Under the pieces are notes generated by a model. The model was not told where the DNA came from, made no database searches, and saw only the letters and a program-made list of their open reading frames with translations. This document shows positions 61,261-64,000 of a DNA stretch of 64,000 bases, in pieces. The stretch's first letter is position 1. Each line of letters opens with the position of its first letter. Both the position numbers and the translations under genes were made by a program. This DNA is from the human T2T-CHM13v2.0 reference genome, Homo sapiens, in NCBI RefSeq assembly GCF_009914755.1, contig NC_060929.1; one strand, given 5' to 3'.

Positions 61261-62026
61261 TTATGGAACCATGTCCTTTTTATGTTAAAATGTATACTCC
61301 TGACTCTCCCCTGGGCATGCAAAAAGTACTCAATGTATTTCAATCCCAGTGATTATAATTTCATCAATTTTAAAACTGACCTCCCTACTGCTAGTTTCTT
61401 TGTTTATTTTAAACTCTGTTGCTGGAATTACTTTCCTAAAAGAAATTCAACCTTTGCTGAAAAATCTTAAATAATCTAACTCCAATATTTATTTCCAGCC
61501 TTATTACCTACTGTCTAATTTTTTTTTTTGACACACCAACTAGTGAATGACACAACAAGGAACCATTTCCTCTTCTCCAAGGTGTTTTCATTTCTTCAAG
61601 CATTGGATTATGCTACTTTTTCATTTAGAATTTCCTTCCTTCCAAGTTGTTTATGTCACAATACTACTTATTCTTTTATATCCCTCACAAATGTTACCTT
61701 TCTTCAAAGCTTTACCACGTTCCTTTAAATGAGGGCAACTTCTTTCTTCTGAATTCCTATAGTCCATTGACATGGCCTTATGTTATACATTCAAATACAC
61801 AAGTGTGAATAATTACTAAATTTAGAGAGTGTAATATTTTTTCCAAAATAACTACATCTTTCCAATACAAGATAAACAATATAAACTACTCCACTTTTTG
61901 TCTTGCATTAGATTAGACAAAATACCATCTGAGAATTGGGAAAACTATAATTTTCTTTAGGTTTTTGCCTGTAATTTGTAAAACAACAGAAAATATTCCT
62001 GTGGACCTGTTTAAAATTTTTCCCAG

Positions 62027-62118
62027 ATGCCGTAATTTCAGTACTCTATGATGATGCCTTCATGACACCCACTGAATATTCAGATGTTGAAAAATCTGGA
62101 GGATGGGAATTAGAATGA
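62027..62118 (+). pseudogene. Candidate terminal cytoplasmic-tail exon with tyrosine motifs
   Basis: Acceptor TTTTTCCCAG|; phase-1 frame open to TGA: DAVISVLYDDAFMTPTEYSDVEKSGGWELE*. Confidence 0.45.
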
Positions 62119-62679
62119 TTAGCACTTTTGGAAGTAGGCCCTTTGTGGAAGTAATTTATATATTAAGAGGGAGGAGGAAGAAGAAGAGGGAGGAGGAAGA
62201 GGAGCTGGAACTGGAATTATTTGATGTAGAAAAGAAAATGCAGGGGCAGAAAATATTAGCAATTAGTTTCTGAGTATCTTAAAAAAAACTATTATATGAG
62301 TGAGTGACAGTGAGAAGCTGTTTCATGTTCCTACTTAGAGTAGGACAAATGCTTTTGGGCTACTGCAACAAAAAATCCAAAAAGGCATTAGGAGAAGTCT
62401 TCAGACTCTAAAGTTGGTAAAATTGTGGTGTATGATAACAGGTTGTCAATGCAGGGAAAAAGACATCTTTCTGCACTGGGGGTCAGGGTGGTATCCTGTA
62501 TGGAAGAAAAGATGCTGTAGATGAGGCTTATTCAAGCTTTTTATCTATTCCAATGAGATCCTACATGTAGGGAAAGAAGTGATTCATTCTATCACACAGT
62601 ATTGAGACAGCTTTTTCAGAAAATGTAAGTTAATTATCTGATCTGCACCTAAAGAAGAAAGGAAGGTTCTGAGAACATG

Positions 62680-62830
62680 GCATTGTGAGTGGATAGATGC
62701 ACAGTCTGAAACCAGACAGTTTGGTTGCTTCTCCAGGATCATCACATCCTAGCTTTGTGACCCTGGAAAGATTTTAAACTGCTCTAAGAATCAGTTTCCT
62801 CCTCTGCAAACTGGTGATAATAGAGATGTG
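62680..62830 (+). mobile_element. MIR
   Basis: CTAGCTTTGTGACCCTGGAAAG..TCAGTTTCCTCCTCTGCAAA. Confidence 0.72.
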
Positions 62831-64000
62831 AGTAGTCACGGAGATGATACTCGATAAATATCAACTTTTATTATTTTATTAGACATATAGCACCTTCTAG
62901 GCACTATGTTAGGCATTTTCCCAATCATTATTTCCTTCACAGAGCAGTCATCCAAGGCCTCTATAAAATAGGATGATATGATGACTTTTCACCAGAGTTA
63001 TGTTCTTTAATTAAAAATGAAAGCCCTAGGTATCAAAGACCAGCCTGCTGAGTTCCCTTACCTTTCCCAACCATGAGACATTTCCCTGATATCTGCAGCA
63101 CGTCTTTGACATCTGGGACAGAAGACCAATTTGCCTCCACCCCCACGTGGCTCCACCTGTCACCATTATTATGTGATCTTTATCAAATTAAACTGAGAAT
63201 GTACTAATCTTTTTTCATTATGCTTCCAACCAAAGCCACCAAGCTCACAAATATGGTATCTGTTTAATAAAATGAATTGATACAGGAAAGAAAATTCTGG
63301 TATTTAATTTCATATCTTCAAGACAATATTTATATCAACTAATATATACATGTTCTATTTGAGCTATAATATATTTCTTATCACCTGATGAACTTGTGAC
63401 AGAGGGTCTGTTTGTAGCCAGTGGTTAATACAGAGTGTATTTTCCTCTGGGTCATTGCCCCTTCCTTTCTTCTTCTGCAATTTACCTTCAGAAAAAAAGC
63501 CATTTTCCCAAAAGCCATTTTGAGAGTCAGTTAAATGTGCAGGATGCTAAAATTACATATGTACTTGTATCAGAGTTTACATGTGTGTGTGCACGCGCAC
63601 GTGTGCACGCATTTGTGTATCCTTTTTAAAGAAAAGTTTGTATTCCCAGGAGCAAGGATAATGAGGCATATGCTCTATTCCTAGCAAAACAACAAGCTCA
63701 GTACCAAGTGTTAGATATAGCTTAATGTAAAATATATTAATAACTCTCTCTATGCTAATAGTGAGATTTAAAAATCCAAACCATAGTGTTGAATTTATAT
63801 GGCTAAATCAGAAAAAGCCATCATAATTGGAATTTCAGCAACATGTTTGGATGATAGAAATCAGTGGGGCATGACAATCTTTACTTTGAGTTATACATAA
63901 AGGTATCTTAGGACTTGAATAAGACATGCATAGTGTATAAAGAAATCCTGAGACACTGTGAAAATAGTTTACCACTGTGAAGAGAAAAAGGGAAGGTTAA

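Overview
Primate (very likely human) genomic DNA, AT-rich and dominated by transposable elements. I find no intact, recognisable protein-coding gene. Most ORFs in the supplied track are artefacts of L1, Alu or simple repeats. Main landmarks: (1) a TSD-flanked full-length old L1 (L1MA-type, 101-8339) carrying two Alus and a THE1 LTR; (2) a TSD-flanked L1MC-type element (29150-40191) containing two Alus, an internally deleted L1PA, and a 3'-truncated processed pseudogene of USP7 (37397-39823) that sits where ~3 kb of L1 ORF2 is missing; (3) a full-length 7SL RNA retrocopy (47475-47768, minus strand); (4) many MIR, L2, CR1, MER5, MER20, MER94, MLT and MST fossils. The most interesting unexplained signal is a co-linear, plus-strand series of phase-1 exon-like segments from ~49416 to 62118. 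They read as degenerate Ig-like domain(s), Ser/Thr-rich stalk exons, a transmembrane exon and a terminal exon with a TEYSDV (ITSM-type) motif. This is consistent with a decayed, possibly unannotated immunoreceptor gene, but it is an inference. Repeat subfamily names come from remembered consensus features and are approximate; no database search was possible.
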